A stretch of DNA of 64,000 bases from Amoebidium appalachense (GCA_963693365.1 CAVNZM010000010.1:5705794-5769793); one strand, 5' to 3'; counted from the first letter of the stretch, positions 15,498-29,304 are shown. Notes: generated by a model not told the origin, from the letters alone. Translations and numbers: made by a program.

Positions 15498-16691
15498 ACC
15501 CCCCCCCCCCCCCCCCCAAAGAAAAAATAAAATAAAATAAAATAAATAAAATAAAATATAATAAAATTAAAAAACTTCTCCCCCCCCCCCCTGTGGCCCT
15601 CAAATGTAAATTCAAAGGGCTTTAATTGTCCGCGCGATATACAGGTGGAACACAAAATTCATATCACACTTTATCTTGGCCCCACGCAGGCACGGTTGGG
15701 CCAAGGGGAATTGGGTGGTGGTGGTGGTACGTGTGTATATGTGTATGTAGGTGTCTCATACGGTGTGTGTGTGTGCGCACGTACGCGCGCATACACAAAC
15801 ACAGGGGGGGGGGCTTACCCTTCCTCAGGCAGCAAACTCAGCGTGCACGTGAGCTATCTATGGGCGTAAATAGTGTGTGTGTGCTTATCCTGTGTGCCTG
15901 CCCCTGTGTGGCACGGTGTGACTCTGTATGAATGCGGTGGTACAAGTGGTGCAGGGGTGGTGGTGTTGACTTCTATAACCATGGCGGGTTGTGTATATGT
16001 GTGCACGTGCGTTTGCCTCCCTCCGTCCCCCCCCCCCCCCTTTTACTTTTTAAATTGGGATTGGAAGCCGTTTTTTTTTCTTTTTTTTTTTTTTTTTTTT
16101 TTTGGGGGGGGGGGGGGGGGGTTTGCCATATGCCGCTACTGATAGAATATCAGAGACAGACCTTTAGATTTGAAGGCAGATGTGCACTTTAATGAGACTT
16201 GGGCCTTCATGGCCCTATGAGCTGTTACCATATACTAACGGACTAACTTAAAGGACATTTGAGCTCTTAGTTGATAATATCACGGGTTAGGTGATCTACA
16301 ATCCAATGCATTGGCAGAATTCCTAAGATTCAAATTAGAATACACAACCTAGGCACAGCGGTGGTGATACCGACATGAACAGAACCCTGATTCATCTTTA
16401 AATGGAGTTAAAGAAGCGTCATGGGTGAAGACTCGAATTTACACGTGTTTGTTTGCGCAGGTGTGCGCACGTGTGTGTGTGTGTGTGTGTGTCTGCGTGT
16501 ATGTGTGTGCGGGGTGGGATAGTGACGAGGCCCTGGGGTCTATGTGCATGTCTGGATGTAATGTTTGTTGTTTGTTTGCTCACACACACCAACACATGCA
16601 CCTACCCACATCGCATATGTGCATGTTAACAGTGTGTGTGTGTGCACATGCATTCCTATAATCTCTTCACCGGTATGTGCCTGTGCAACGC

Positions 16692-16763
<72 letters not shown>

Positions 16764-16794
16764 CGTGTGCATGCGTGCGTGCGTGCGTGTGTGT

Positions 16795-16871
<77 letters not shown>

Positions 16872-17013
16872 TGTTTTGTATGTTTGCATTTACACCGAGC
16901 TCACATTTTTCACATCCTAGCGCACCAATACGTGATTTACCACACACCTGTCTCACTACACCTATCCCAACTATATAACATTGCTAAATACCATTATTTC
17001 TATATATGGTTAT

Positions 17014-17729
17014 TTACACCAATGGGCGAACCAACCGCATGTGGGGCAGATCTACCTCCAAGTATTCCTCCCCCTCCACAATCCACCCAAGTCGCTGGTA
17101 GAAGCCCACACGCTGTGGGTGGGTACAAAGGACGCTTTAGTCTTCAAAGACTAGGCTGACTCAACGATTATGCTTTCATCCCCTCCCTCCCTCCCCCCTC
17201 CCCCTCTCGCTCCCTCCCCCTCCCCACCTCCCCCTCCCCCTCCCCCCCTCCTCTCCCCCGCTTCCTCCCCCCCCCCCCCCCCCCTCCTCCCCAAAGGAAG
17301 GGAACCGGGGAGGGGAGGGGGGAGGGGGGGGAGGGGGGTGAGTTATAGAGTACGAAGTACATCTTTTTAACGGACAACACAAGGCTGAGTGCAAACACAC
17401 ACAGAGTATGCATACTGCGGGACAGGGCAGAGGGGGGAGGGTGCGGGGGGGAGGAGGGAGAGTACTCCAGGGGGGGGGGGGGGGGGGGGAAGGGGGGGAC
17501 TCCTACAGGTGTAAAACGCAGTCACATCCTACTTATGGTGCTCCTAACAGCAAACACTTTGAATCAAGGTGAAGCAGGCCACAGCTGTTGACAAACGCCC
17601 GGCCCACTCCCCACCTTCCCCCCTCCCCCCGCCCCCCCAGCGCACGGCCCAACCCCCTTCCAAAGAAAGAAAAAGAGCTTTGGAAAAGTACGAGGCAGAA
17701 AACCAAACAAGCATTATAACAAAATGTAG

Positions 17730-17766
<37 letters not shown>

Positions 17767-18456
17767 GGGGCCAAACCCCTTCCAGATAAATAAAGAGAGC
17801 CTTAGATCTACCTTGTGTGAAATCAACAGGTGGAAAACCAAACAAACACTTCCAACAACACCTACCCCCCCCCCCCCCCCCCCCTTCCCCATCACCATCA
17901 CACACAAACACACATCCACACCCCACGCCCGCCATTCTGATCATTTGATCATTTCTACGCTGCCCAAAGCTACACGGCACAAGAAGAATTAACAACAATC
18001 CAAAAAAATCGACTGAATCAAATAACACCATTGAACAGTAATCCGCTACAAATCCAATGCCAAATACAACACCCATCATAGACGGAAGTTCTGTTTGTGT
18101 TCCGTTTACCTTTCCCTTTTTCTTTTCTACCTTCTCGATCACCACACCGGGCCGTAGAAGCAGGGGGGGAGGGGGGAGGGGAGGAGGGTTGGGGGGGGGG
18201 GGGGGGGGGGGGGGGGAGGGGGGGGGCTAGTATGGGGGGCTAGTATGGGGGGCTAGTATGGGGGGCTAGTATGGGGGGCTAGTATGCCTGACCAAATACA
18301 ATATATACATTCATGACGGATAACACAATGCAGATTTTGCAAAAACGACCACTCAGGAAGATCAGCATAGAATGTATCATAGGTGGAGCCCATTCCCAAA
18401 GAGGGAGGGTGGTGGTGGTGGTGGTGGATGGGTGGGTGGGCAGGGGAGGGGAGGGG

Positions 18457-18527
<71 letters not shown>

Positions 18528-19030
18528 GGGGGAGTTAGGGGTACGTGCCCATGTGACTGCACCCAGGTAGAGTGTGTGCATGCCCCGTGCTGTTGCTTCT
18601 TCTTCGATGGCCTTCATCAGCTGCAAGTGTTCATTAAAAAATAATAATAATAATAATAAAAGATCAGGGAAACAACAAGGTTCATAAGAAGGAAAGGCCC
18701 ATTAACAAGAACAACAAACCCTTTCTCGTGTTGGCGGAAGGGAAGGGGATGGGGGTGGTGGTGGTGGTGGTGGTGGTGGTGGTGGGGGGGGTTGAATGCG
18801 GAACACGGTACGAAGTACGCATACACGTCGAGAAGCATGGTGCAGGACACATGCAAAGGCAAACATTCAAGTATGCAACATCAGCCATGCGCACAGTAAT
18901 GCGTCATAAGCAGAGCCCATCCTCAGGGAGGGCCCAAGTCATCAATTGCGTCTGAGTTTCGACCCCTTAGCCCGCGTATATACGACGCTCCAACTAAGAC
19001 AGCAGCATCAACTGAACTTGGGAGGGTCAA

Positions 19031-19069
<39 letters not shown>

Positions 19070-19861
19070 TCCGGTCCGGTCGAAACAGGCAGGTCTCCGG
19101 TGCAATAGGTGACTGTCTATACATTCATGGTTTACCCGTAACAAAAACACCCCCCCCCCCCCTCCCCCCCCCGCCCCCCCCACACACACCTTCTGTCCGG
19201 CGCCCTTTCCCTGCCATCGTGGGTCCACCCCCACCCTCGACACTCTTCCAACACACCCTTCCTTTGGTTGCACACACACGTGGCATGGCACAAGTTTACT
19301 GTCTCCTGGGACTAGCCTCAACGTTCCCACCGTTTCACCTGTGTGGAATATTTGGGAAAGAAAACAGTTTTTTTTTTTTGGGGGGGGGGGGGGGGGGGGA
19401 GGGGAGAGAGGGAGAGGGAGGGGAGGGAGGGAGGAAGGGAAGGGGAGAGAGAGCGGGGGGGGAGGAGGGGGGGGAGGAGGAAGGGAGGAGGGAAGAAGGG
19501 ACGAGGAGGGGGGGGAGGGGGGGGGGGGGAGGGGGTGAGGGGAGAGGCACAGACTTATCTGAGTGACGTGGCCAACACAGTTTTATCAGAAACTACTTTT
19601 TGCACACTTCAACAATGTTCGTGATTCAAGGATGCACCGGGGTTTATTGCTCGTTACTTTTTCTAATCCTTGTAAGTTTCTCCTTTTCCCCTCTCCCTCC
19701 CCGCCACATGTTCTTTTCAGCAACAATCAATGGGAGTATCTGACACCCCCATACTCTTTTCTGACCACCTACAAACACAGATATGCACACAACCACGAGA
19801 AACACACACATACACACACCTAGTTCTACTCTTGAACAACACCCCCACACCAATCCCCCCC

Positions 19862-19892
<31 letters not shown>

Positions 19893-20217
19893 AAAAAATA
19901 AAATAAAAAAGAAAAAAAAAAAAAAAAAAAGGTATGCACCCGCATCCACCGACCCATCCACAATCACGCCCACACAGCAACCACACCACCCAAACACCTA
20001 CAACCATTCAATCACACACACACGCACACACACTCACACACAAGCACCTACCCACAGTCACCACCCAGCCTCACATTTACATCAACTCACACTCCCACAC
20101 ACCCATATACACACCCAAAACCACACATTCATTCCCTCCCCCCCCCCCCCCCCCTCCTCCTCGCTCCCCCGCCCATCCCCCGTATCCATGCACACCAACA
20201 CACCCTCACCCACACAT

Positions 20218-20270
<53 letters not shown>

Positions 20271-20985
20271 CCATCCCTTCCTAAACGAACACACCCATCC
20301 TTGCTGACCCACCCCTTTGGGCACACCGACACCCCCCATCCCTCCCCCCCCCCCCCCCCCCCCCCCCCCTTCTCCCCCTCCCCTTCTCCCCCCCCCCCCC
20401 CCCCCCCCGTCCCCCCCCCTCCCCTCCACCCCAACCAAAAAAAAAAAAAAAAAGAAAACCCCTTCTCGCCTCCCCGCCCACCCAGCACACACACACACCC
20501 ACACGCACCCTCCACGATTGCTCGCAGGTGCAATGCCTCAGCACATGTGACGTCATCATATTCGTCCACTTCATAATCCGCATCTACCCCCATCTCCTCC
20601 ACAAACACCTGCACTCCAGTCAATATCTGCCAAACCCCCCTCCCCCCTCCCCCCCTTCTCTCCCCCCTCCCCGTCCCACCTCCCCCGTCCCACCTTCCCC
20701 CCCCCCCCCCCCCCCCCGAACCCCTCTCTGCTTGCTCTCCCCCAATTGCTGCTGGTTGACTTTTGTAGGGTGGAGAGGCACATTTCTTCTTATTCTTAGT
20801 TATTTTTATTTTTTATTTTATTTTTATTTTTTTTGGGGAAGGGGGGGGGGGGGGGGAAACCTTGAAGCTGGCCCAAATTTGAGCCCCCCGTTTGTGATGG
20901 AACCCCCCAGGCCTACAGGTAGATCACTCATGCATCCAAATTTCCACCCTTCCCAACTTCCACTCATCGAACAACCTACCACAAT

Positions 20986-21016
<31 letters not shown>

Positions 21017-21133
21017 ACCTCCCCCTCCCTTCCGCCACCCTCACTCCTCCCCACCCACCCCTCCTTATCCCCACTGTTTCACTCCCCCCCTCCCCTCCCC
21101 CCCTGGTCCTCGCCAATATCATATCGGGCTCCC

Positions 21134-21174
<41 letters not shown>

Positions 21175-21368
21175 TCGTCCCCGGCGTCCCACAAAAAAAA
21201 AAAGAAAAAAAAACAAAAAAAACAAAAACAAATTCGGGGCCATTACTAGGTCGATGTTCCGTGATTTTTCTAGCAAAGTTCAACCACTGGTTATGGGAAT
21301 ACCATTAACGTATCAATTTGCCCCCCCCCCCCCCCCCCTGCCTCCCGCCCCCTCCTTCTTTTTTTTTT

Positions 21369-21417
<49 letters not shown>

Positions 21418-22064
21418 TTTTCATTTACATATAAATAGTAATGCAATCAGCCACCCAGATATCCACTGACGATTGATACAATAGGTGGTACACAACCAAA
21501 GAGAGATGAACATTCAAGAAAAGAAGTTTCTTACGTGAAGTGGGGGTGAAAATCTTAAGGGGTTGAAAGGGGTGGGAGATGGGGTAGGGTGGGGGGAAAG
21601 AGAGGAAGGGGACCACTCCTTTGGCTGCAGTGACCATGTGTACTGTGTGCCACAACGACATAATATTTGCTTTTCCAGTAGAAAAGAAAAATGAAAAAAA
21701 CGTGCGCACTCACCCACCCACATACACCAACACACACATACACACACACGAGCACTCGTGCAAATAGAAACGGAGGCATGATTTTCACATGCTGAAACAC
21801 TCACACGACCAGACCGGCACCAACGGTGCCAACCTCAGGCACACATGCTGCACGTGCAAGATCTCAAACACAAACATCTAAAGTTTGAACATCTTAATAC
21901 AAAATCTCGGTAGCCCCCCCCCCCCCCAACCCCCCTCCCCCCTCCCCCCCGGGTTCCCCTCTCTCCCCCCGGGCCTGGTGACCCCCACATCTCACTGTGC
22001 TCCTCTGTGCTCAGAACCCCTGCTCCCCCTTCTCCCCCCCCCCCCCCCCCCCCCCTCCCCCCCT

Positions 22065-22103
<39 letters not shown>

Positions 22104-22374
22104 AAAAAAAGAAAGAAAGAAAAAAAACCATCTCCCTGATCAACTCATTCTCCCCACACCGATTCTTACGTCCCCCCTCCCCTCCCCTCCCCCGTACATA
22201 CCCCCCTCCCCCCCCTCCCCTTCTCCCTCCCCCTCACCCGTGTTTGGGGCCCATACACACCTTAAAGCGTACCCCTAGTGCCTGCTTCAAGCCCTCTTCA
22301 CTGTGTATTCTCTCCACCACAACTTGTGGGGGCTTCGATGATGATGGGTCGCATGTTTGATCTACTTTGAGCAT
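17014..22374 (-). CDS. GNAT-family N-acetyltransferase (ElaA/YjcF-like), 5 exons (22374-22261, 20608-20509, 19338-19190, 18620-18549, 17112-17014)
   Basis: Spliced protein has VRFKVFVEEMGV...EVDEYD, VGTLRL, motif A RVGVDPRWQGKGAGQKLM and motif B GFYQRLGW...YLEVDLPHMRL. Phases are consistent, but the last intron needs a GC donor. Confidence 0.9.
17342..17415 (-). mobile_element. Truncated copy (3' tail) of the intronic repeat family
   Basis: Minus strand TATGCATACTCT...GTACTTCGTACT followed by a C-rich run; same tail as 42473-42560. Confidence 0.65.
18222..18286. repeat. Minisatellite (GGGGGCTAGTAT)n, ~5 copies
   Basis: Direct reading. Confidence 0.85.
18790..19033 (-). mobile_element. 5'-truncated single copy of the 452-bp repeat unit
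   Basis: Nearly identical to 60381-60622 and flanked by G-runs on the plus strand; lies in GNAT intron 3. Confidence 0.85.
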
Positions 22375-23508
22375 GATGGAGCAAGTGGGATGCACACAAG
22401 TTCAAAAGACAGTTAGGGTTTTCTGATTTATGGGGAATTCTTCATTGAGTTTCAACAGAGTCTCTACTTCAAAAATGCTGGATCGACAATTGTTGCAATC
22501 ACAAACATAACCCTGATGAATGTAAGTACGAGCACAAGTGTAACTAAACAGCAGAAACACTACAAAAACCGCAACTCTATTCGCTGGTACAGTACACGGC
22601 TAGCAATATAGCACACCACACACACTAAAACATAAGTAACACTTGAAGTCCTTTCTTTTTTTGCCACACTCGCTACCAAAAAACGGAAAAGTATGAAAAG
22701 CCCGCGGTGCTTTCCGAACGAATCGGATGTGGTTTTGGCACATTTTTGTGTGATGTGACATCATTTCACAACAGTGCGGTGATTCCCACGCGTGGCACAA
22801 AAAACAACTTGTGCTTGCTTTGGGATAAAACGTAGTCATAGGAAGCACGTCACTCTTTACAACATATGTACCTACACTGTATACGTAAAACGTAGCTAAC
22901 AGTGCAGACCAGATGTGTACACAATATAAGCATGGCCACAATTCTTTAGGCACTCAAGTTTCCATGTGGACCCTTCTTGGTTGCACAGGTTGCATAGCGC
23001 AGCTACCGATCAGAATCAGCGTCTTTCAAGACAGGCGTACCGCCAAAGGCACAAAAAGAGAGCCTATGATAATACATTACTAGTCTGGAGGAGAGGTATA
23101 AGCAAGTGGACATCAGTCAATTCACACTAGTCCCAACAAGGAAACCCCAGACCAGCTAAACGTGCTCATAATTGTGTAGTACGTGTACGAAGAACGCCAA
23201 TCACTGCCAATGTAGGTATAAGGGCTCTCCATTGCTGTGGGCTCTAGAATAAAATACACAACCGTTGTACTATCAAACTCTCCGATGGCGTGTACCTGTG
23301 TGCCATATGCCGTACACCGTTTCAGGCCGATGATTTAGTTACAAGCAGGAATTGGGTTACACCACACAAAGTGGCATTTGTATGCATCGAGCCAACTCTT
23401 GAGTGTATTATGGAGCGTAAAAAGCACAAATCACCCCATGGAGCATGGCAATGCACCCGGTGTGTGCTTCACCTGCATATATACCCACGGGCAAGACTAG
23501 TGGGCATG

Positions 23509-23975
23509 AAAGGCCAAGAAGTTGGTAAGAAGTGCTTACCCTCCAGCGGGTTCTGCCGTGACCCCCCCTCCCGAGTCCCCTCCCCCTAAACGGCCCTCCC
23601 CCACTTCCTCCCCCTGGGCCCCCTTCTCCCCCCCCCCCCCCCCTTCTCCGCCAGCGCCCTCCACCCCCCTCCCCCCTCCGGATCCCCTTCCCCCCGTCCA
23701 TCCCCCCCCCCCCCCTCCCCCTCCCCCCTCCCCCCCCCCCTCCCTCCCCTCCCCCGGTAAAGGCCAAGAAGCTGGCAAGAGGCGCTTACCCTCCAGCGGG
23801 TTCTGCCGTGAATCCCCTCCAGCCCGGTCTACTCATGGTTGTGTGACTAGGGAACCCCCCCCCCCCCCCCCCCCCCCCCTTTCCCCCCCCTCCTCGAGCT
23901 CACATCCTGGTAAAGGTAAAGAAGTTGGTAAGAGGGGCCTACCGGCGATGGGTATGCGTTCAGTGCGGTGACCCC
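23509..23975. repeat. Three copies of a ~55-bp motif separated by C-rich spacers
   Basis: AAAGGCCAAGAAG(T/C)TGG(T/C)AAGA.G.GCTTACCCTCCAGCGGGTTCTGCCGTGA at ~23509 and ~23759, with a diverged copy at ~23910. Confidence 0.75.
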
Positions 23976-24698
23976 CCCCCCCCCCCCCCCCCCGGAGGGG
24001 GGCCCCACGCATTCCCCCCCCCTCCCCTTTAGCCTCGTACACTTCTTTCAAGGTGTCCGTGCTCCTCCTACCTTTTGCGGTGGCTCTTTCTTTCAAAGCG
24101 AAAGGTCACGTGCCTCTCCTGGGCCAAACTAGATCTCACGATCTTACGGCATCTGGAAGGAATAGTCAGGACGTGCCCGTGCTGGGGCTGCAAGATACCA
24201 GACTGTAATGGAGAAGTTGCCGTAAAGGGCCAGAAAACAGAAACTAGGAAAGGAGAGGAGGGAATTTTGGGGGGGTTTTGAGAAAAGACAGGTCAATTTG
24301 GCCAGTAGTACTTTCACGAGATATTTATTTATGAGGTGCCGGTTATTTTCGCAGCAGCTCACACATTCAGCCATTCAATAAATGTGGGGTTCAGGGTTCA
24401 GGTACGGGGTGGTGCTTGTGGTGCTATCTATATACACAGAGCTTAGACTGCTCTCTACATTCCATACATGGGAAAAAAACCTATCTACAGGCCATGGTAG
24501 CCAGGGCCACATACTGCAACATTAGTAAATTATGTTTAAAAACAGCCCAGTGCTATTATCACTTACGGCCAGGGTAAACAGCTTTACATGGTCAGGGCAA
24601 CAACATACAGCGGTGTTCTTTCGGAAGGTGCGTAATAAACGCTACGAGCAACAAGAGACGGGGAGGAAAATCACACAGTTCCACTATCCCGGGGTTGC

Positions 24699-25604
24699 TC
24701 ACAAGAGCCAATCCTCCGGGGTGGCAAAGCAGAATTCGGTCATAAACTGGTCGGCATCGAAGTCCTTCCCGACACTCACGCACTCGAGCGAATACTTCAG
24801 CAGGGGGCCACCTGCGCCAAGGGCAGCGGCGATATCCTCCTCCGGTGAGCGTGCGAAAGTTTCCAGAAACGCGCTCGAGTTGGTGCATTCCAGTGCCGCA
24901 TTCAAAACATCGCTGTCAAGGAAGTTCTGGATGTTGAACTCGCCGAACTGGGCCATGGAGAAGGCGTCAAGTGATGGCGTGCAGGAGAGCGAAGGGGTGC
25001 TTGCCGTGCTAATGGGTGTAAGAAGACCAATGCTCTGGGGGCTGAGAAGAACGGACGGGGAAGAAACTTCTGAGGCCCATGACGAGCTGTCTTTGCTCCC
25101 ACGCCGACGCTTGCTGCGCGTCATGTTTGTGGCGGCGCCCGAGTGAGCAAACTGTTCATGCGCCTCATCGGTGAGTTGCCAGTAGGCGGTTCCCTCCATG
25201 CTAGCAACGGGGGCCTGGCAGAAGAACTTGTTGAGGGAGAGTTGGTGGCGAATGGTGCTGCGCCAAGTCTGGCTGCCGTTGCGGTAGTAGGGGAAGTTGC
25301 GTGCCACCCACTCACATATTTCGTTGGCTGTCCGACGACCGCTCTCGGATGAAAGAAGGGCCTTGACCATGAGCGTGGGAATGCTGAAGGGGGGCTTGAC
25401 GGCAGAGTTTGTGCGATAGGTAGGCGACGAGGTGGGCGTTTGAGGGGCTGTGGTCTGGGTAGGAGAAGACATGTTGGCCAGCCAGCTGAGATTGGTCAGG
25501 CTGCTGCTGAGGTTTACGTTTGTGTCGGGGCAAATGGTGTTTTTCGGGGGCATACCGGCGCGGGCGGGCATGAACTGGGAGTGGTGTACGTGGGTCTGCG
25601 CCAT
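24699..25604 (-). CDS. Forkhead-box transcription factor (FoxJ/FoxN-like), intronless
   Basis: KPPFSIPTLMVKAL...EICEWVARNFPYYR...WRSTIRHQLSLNKFF...YWQL forkhead domain. The N-terminal SLTNLSWL motif resembles that of FoxJ/FoxN2/3 proteins. Confidence 0.93.
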   Translation of the reverse strand: MAQTHVHHSQFMPARAGMPPKNTICPDTNVNLSSSLTNLSWLANMSSPTQTTAPQTPTSSPTYRTNSAVKPPFSIPTLMVKALLSSESGRRTANEICEWVARNFPYYRNGSQTWRSTIRHQLSLNKFFCQAPVASMEGTAYWQLTDEAHEQFAHSGAATNMTRSKRRRGSKDSSSWASEVSSPSVLLSPQSIGLLTPISTASTPSLSCTPSLDAFSMAQFGEFNIQNFLDSDVLNAALECTNSSAFLETFARSPEEDIAAALGAGGPLLKYSLECVSVGKDFDADQFMTEFCFATPEDWLL

Positions 25605-25766
25605 TTTTTTTGTGTTTATGTGTCAAACGTTATCCAATATGAGAAGGGATAATTGAAAACTCAAAATGTTCGTGGAGAGATAAGCTAATGCTTTCACAAT
25701 GCGCAGACTTGCCCGCGTTTACTCCCAAATCACGGGTGAGTGAGCTGGAGTGGCTTCGACGTGGGC

Positions 25767-25925
25767 TTTTTATACCCTGATATCGCGGATGCATTCATGA
25801 TTGGAAGCCTGTCATTGGTCGGCTGTAGTGACAATATGATTGGGCTCTTTATGGTTCGAAATCTTTTAGTGACTCTTAGCCAATAAAATGGTATTTGTGT
25901 TCAGATAGTGGAAAGCCTACCAATC
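25767..25925 (-). promoter_or_regulatory. TATA box plus clustered CCAAT boxes upstream of the forkhead gene
   Basis: TATAAAAA on the minus strand at 25774-25767. ATTGG at 25800, 25814 and 25839; CCAAT at 25880 and 25920. Confidence 0.6.
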
Positions 25926-28224
25926 AGTGCTGTATAAGCACATTCCAAGGACGAAATTTATGCTTGTGTGATAACCGATTCAGAGCCCCGGGCCGCCGGC
26001 CTTCCAAATTGTTCAAGTTCTATTATTTCTCATACCCGAAAGCATACACATATAAATATACTTTTTAATGTTCTCAATAGCATCAATAAGCTAAAAATCT
26101 GTGTTTATTTGGGCGTAGTCTGTAGATATGAACGAAGCGCTAATGCCGCTGACACTCGAATCTGCGTCCAGTTCATTATTTCGCCGTATTAGACACACAT
26201 CAATCACGGTGCTTGTTTATCATTCTGAACCCCGAGTCTTAGTAGGGACATCAATGACCTTACGCCTGTATAAGTTATTGACCACCTTTTTTTTTTCTTT
26301 TTCAAAACATTATAAAGTCAGGATGTACATACTTGCACACAGTGCTAATATTACATGCATATCCTAACAATTTGCGTCAATGTCAGCGATGCCATCGTTG
26401 TCCTTTCGCCTATCTCAGGAATGTGCGGGCTGCAGGCTGCGCGTCACGCAGAATACGGATTACGGAGTACGGACCCGCGGCGCGCTAATATGAACAATGA
26501 AAACAAATCACATATGAAAGTGCCAATTTATCACCTTAGAGCGAGAGTATTGCCACTTTTCTCTTTCATCTTTACAAAACACTCGCATTCACTTGTCTAT
26601 ATCACTGAGTGCAGATCACAACGATATGACATATTTTTCGAGAAAAGCAGCCTCCCAATCAAAATCAAGGAACGGGTGAGCCGCAGGTTAGCCTTATATG
26701 GATATTTCGAATGCGTGATAGCGGGGGATCATCATCCGTGAAAGTTTCAGACGGCGCTTCATGTGGGCGGCGATGGGTTACCTTTCACTTACGGGAAAAG
26801 AGAATAATCCATCACGTTGATTCTTGAATCTTATTGATTGCCATTGATTTTCTTCAAATTACCGAGCGTGCTAGAGTCACAGTTCAACTTATGCCTGCTT
26901 ATCTCAATTACAAAATCATTGGCCAGGCTAACATAAAAACGATTGGTTTACATTCCCCTCCAATTGGATGTAAGATACATTGTTCTTTAGATCGTTGAAA
27001 ATCATTGGTTTAGATTTGGCGAATAGGAACACGCTTGTGCCGCGTCGCCCGCGCGCTCAGTGACTGCGGCGGCTGCGAGTTCTGGACTCACGGCCCGCGG
27101 GCTCAGCGGCTGCGAGTTCTGGCAAAACGTTGAGCGGTAAATGAAGGTTAGGAAAAAGTCCTACACTTTTGAATGAAGCAGAAGAATATAAAAATCAGAA
27201 TATCGGGCAAGAGACCGCAGTGGGGCTCGGTGGATGCGAGACTGTGACCGACTCAGAATCGTACACCGGGCTCGTAATTATAAGCCTCCGGGGCCAACAA
27301 ATTCCTCAACTAAATATCCAATCACACGCAAATTCCGTTAATACCAGAGGAGATTTAGAGTTCTGTAGATCCACGTGCATCATTACCCCGAGACCAATCC
27401 ACAGCGCCGTATCGTAAACATTTTTGGTTATCAGGGATTCTGTTTTGGTGTGACCAGCCAATCATGAGGGAGGCTCCTGAGGCTTTTGCATGCCTGGGAC
27501 GGAGTTCCAAATATGACACACTACACAACAACGCAACTTTTGTGTCTGGCCATATCTTGGCGGAATTCGAGTATTCGAGGTTTCCATCATGCATCATCTT
27601 GCCGAAAAGCTTGGCCTTTTGAGCTTCACCATGCCTGCATGCATATATATGCACATTGCTACACTACATACTGCACAATGACAGTGCACAGGCTGCTACA
27701 ACAGTTTCACATGTACATGTGGCCGCAAGGCTTACCGTGCCCATGTGTGTTGATCACTGCTGAATCTTCGGCAGCAGGGGGGCCTCTCGCTGCAGAAGTA
27801 TGCAAACATTCGCTTGGGAAAGGCTTCTCATGATCACGACATATGTGCACGACACGCCGAGACGTATCTAGACGTATCTAGCTATGTGACGTTCCTTTCC
27901 CTTTTTTCCCCTTTGCCTTACAATGTCACATCGATCACAACCAATGGCGTTGGTTGGCGGATATCACGAATATGCTAGGCTTAGCTAGTATGACAGGCAG
28001 TCACCGTCGTCCCCGCCTTCCCTCCCTTCCCGGATTATCCTCGTTATAAGTAACTAGACCCCCTCCCCCTCCCCTTCGCCCCGCGAGGCCTCCCCCTCCT
28101 CCTCCTCCTCCCCTAACTTATGTCAAACGGGCACCACCACCACAAACAAACACAAACACTGGCCCACGCACACACACACACACACACGCACACACACACA
28201 CACACATATGTATATGTACACACA

Positions 28225-28320
<96 letters not shown>

Positions 28321-28978
28321 CACAGGGACACACACAGTGCACACACACGCGTGGCACTCCCAATCTAACTGAACAAGCATTTCCCCATGTCAACATGTAC
28401 AACATCAACGTTCGAAATGCACATGCATGGGAGTGGATCCTGTAACAGTTCTAATTGGCCAAATTTGGCAACCGAATTGCGCATTCAATGGCCGTATGGC
28501 TCTGAGTCAGGCTGCTTCACATGTACATGTGCACGGCCATTCAAGCTTGGGTCCGTATATACCGTTACTATTAGCTAGAACCACGAGTATATGAACTATC
28601 ATAAGTTTTGGTACACACATTGCTTTATTCACACTGTAGTCACACACACACGCTCGTTGATCACTGACACATTGACTCACACAAAACGAACGTTTTTACG
28701 TGTGTGCTGGTGCTTAGCAGATATCTCGATCCATCTATCTGCCAGTCCGAGGCTCTGAGAGCCGAGCCACGGAGGAATTTGGCCATGAGAATCTTTCATG
28801 AGATAACATATTCCGTACTGCCTTCTAGATCTTTCGGGGGGAGGGAGGGGGGAGGGGGGGGGGGAGAGAGGGAGGGGGGGGGGGGGGGGGAGGGGGGAGG
28901 GGGAGCTAGGGGGAGCGGAGCGGAGGGAGCCTCGGAGAAAGAGAGAAAAAGGGGGGGGGTGGGGGTGAAACAGTTACT

Positions 28979-29031
<53 letters not shown>

Positions 29032-29119
29032 GCGAGAGCGCGAGAGAGATCTAGAGAGACGGGGGGAGAGAGAAGAGAAGAGAGAGAGAGAGAGAGAGGG
29101 AGACAGAGAGGGAGAGGGA

Positions 29120-29199
<80 letters not shown>

Positions 29200-29213
29200 A
29201 GGAGGGAGGGAGA

Positions 29214-29270
<57 letters not shown>

Positions 29271-29271
29271 G

Positions 29272-29304
<33 letters not shown>

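Noticed and set aside
23509-23975. CRISPR-like array
   Set aside because: Eukaryotic context, only three degenerate repeats, low-complexity unequal spacers and no cas genes.
27620-27654. Histidine phosphatase from IYACRHGE
   Set aside because: The motif straddles a probable acceptor and no other family motifs follow.
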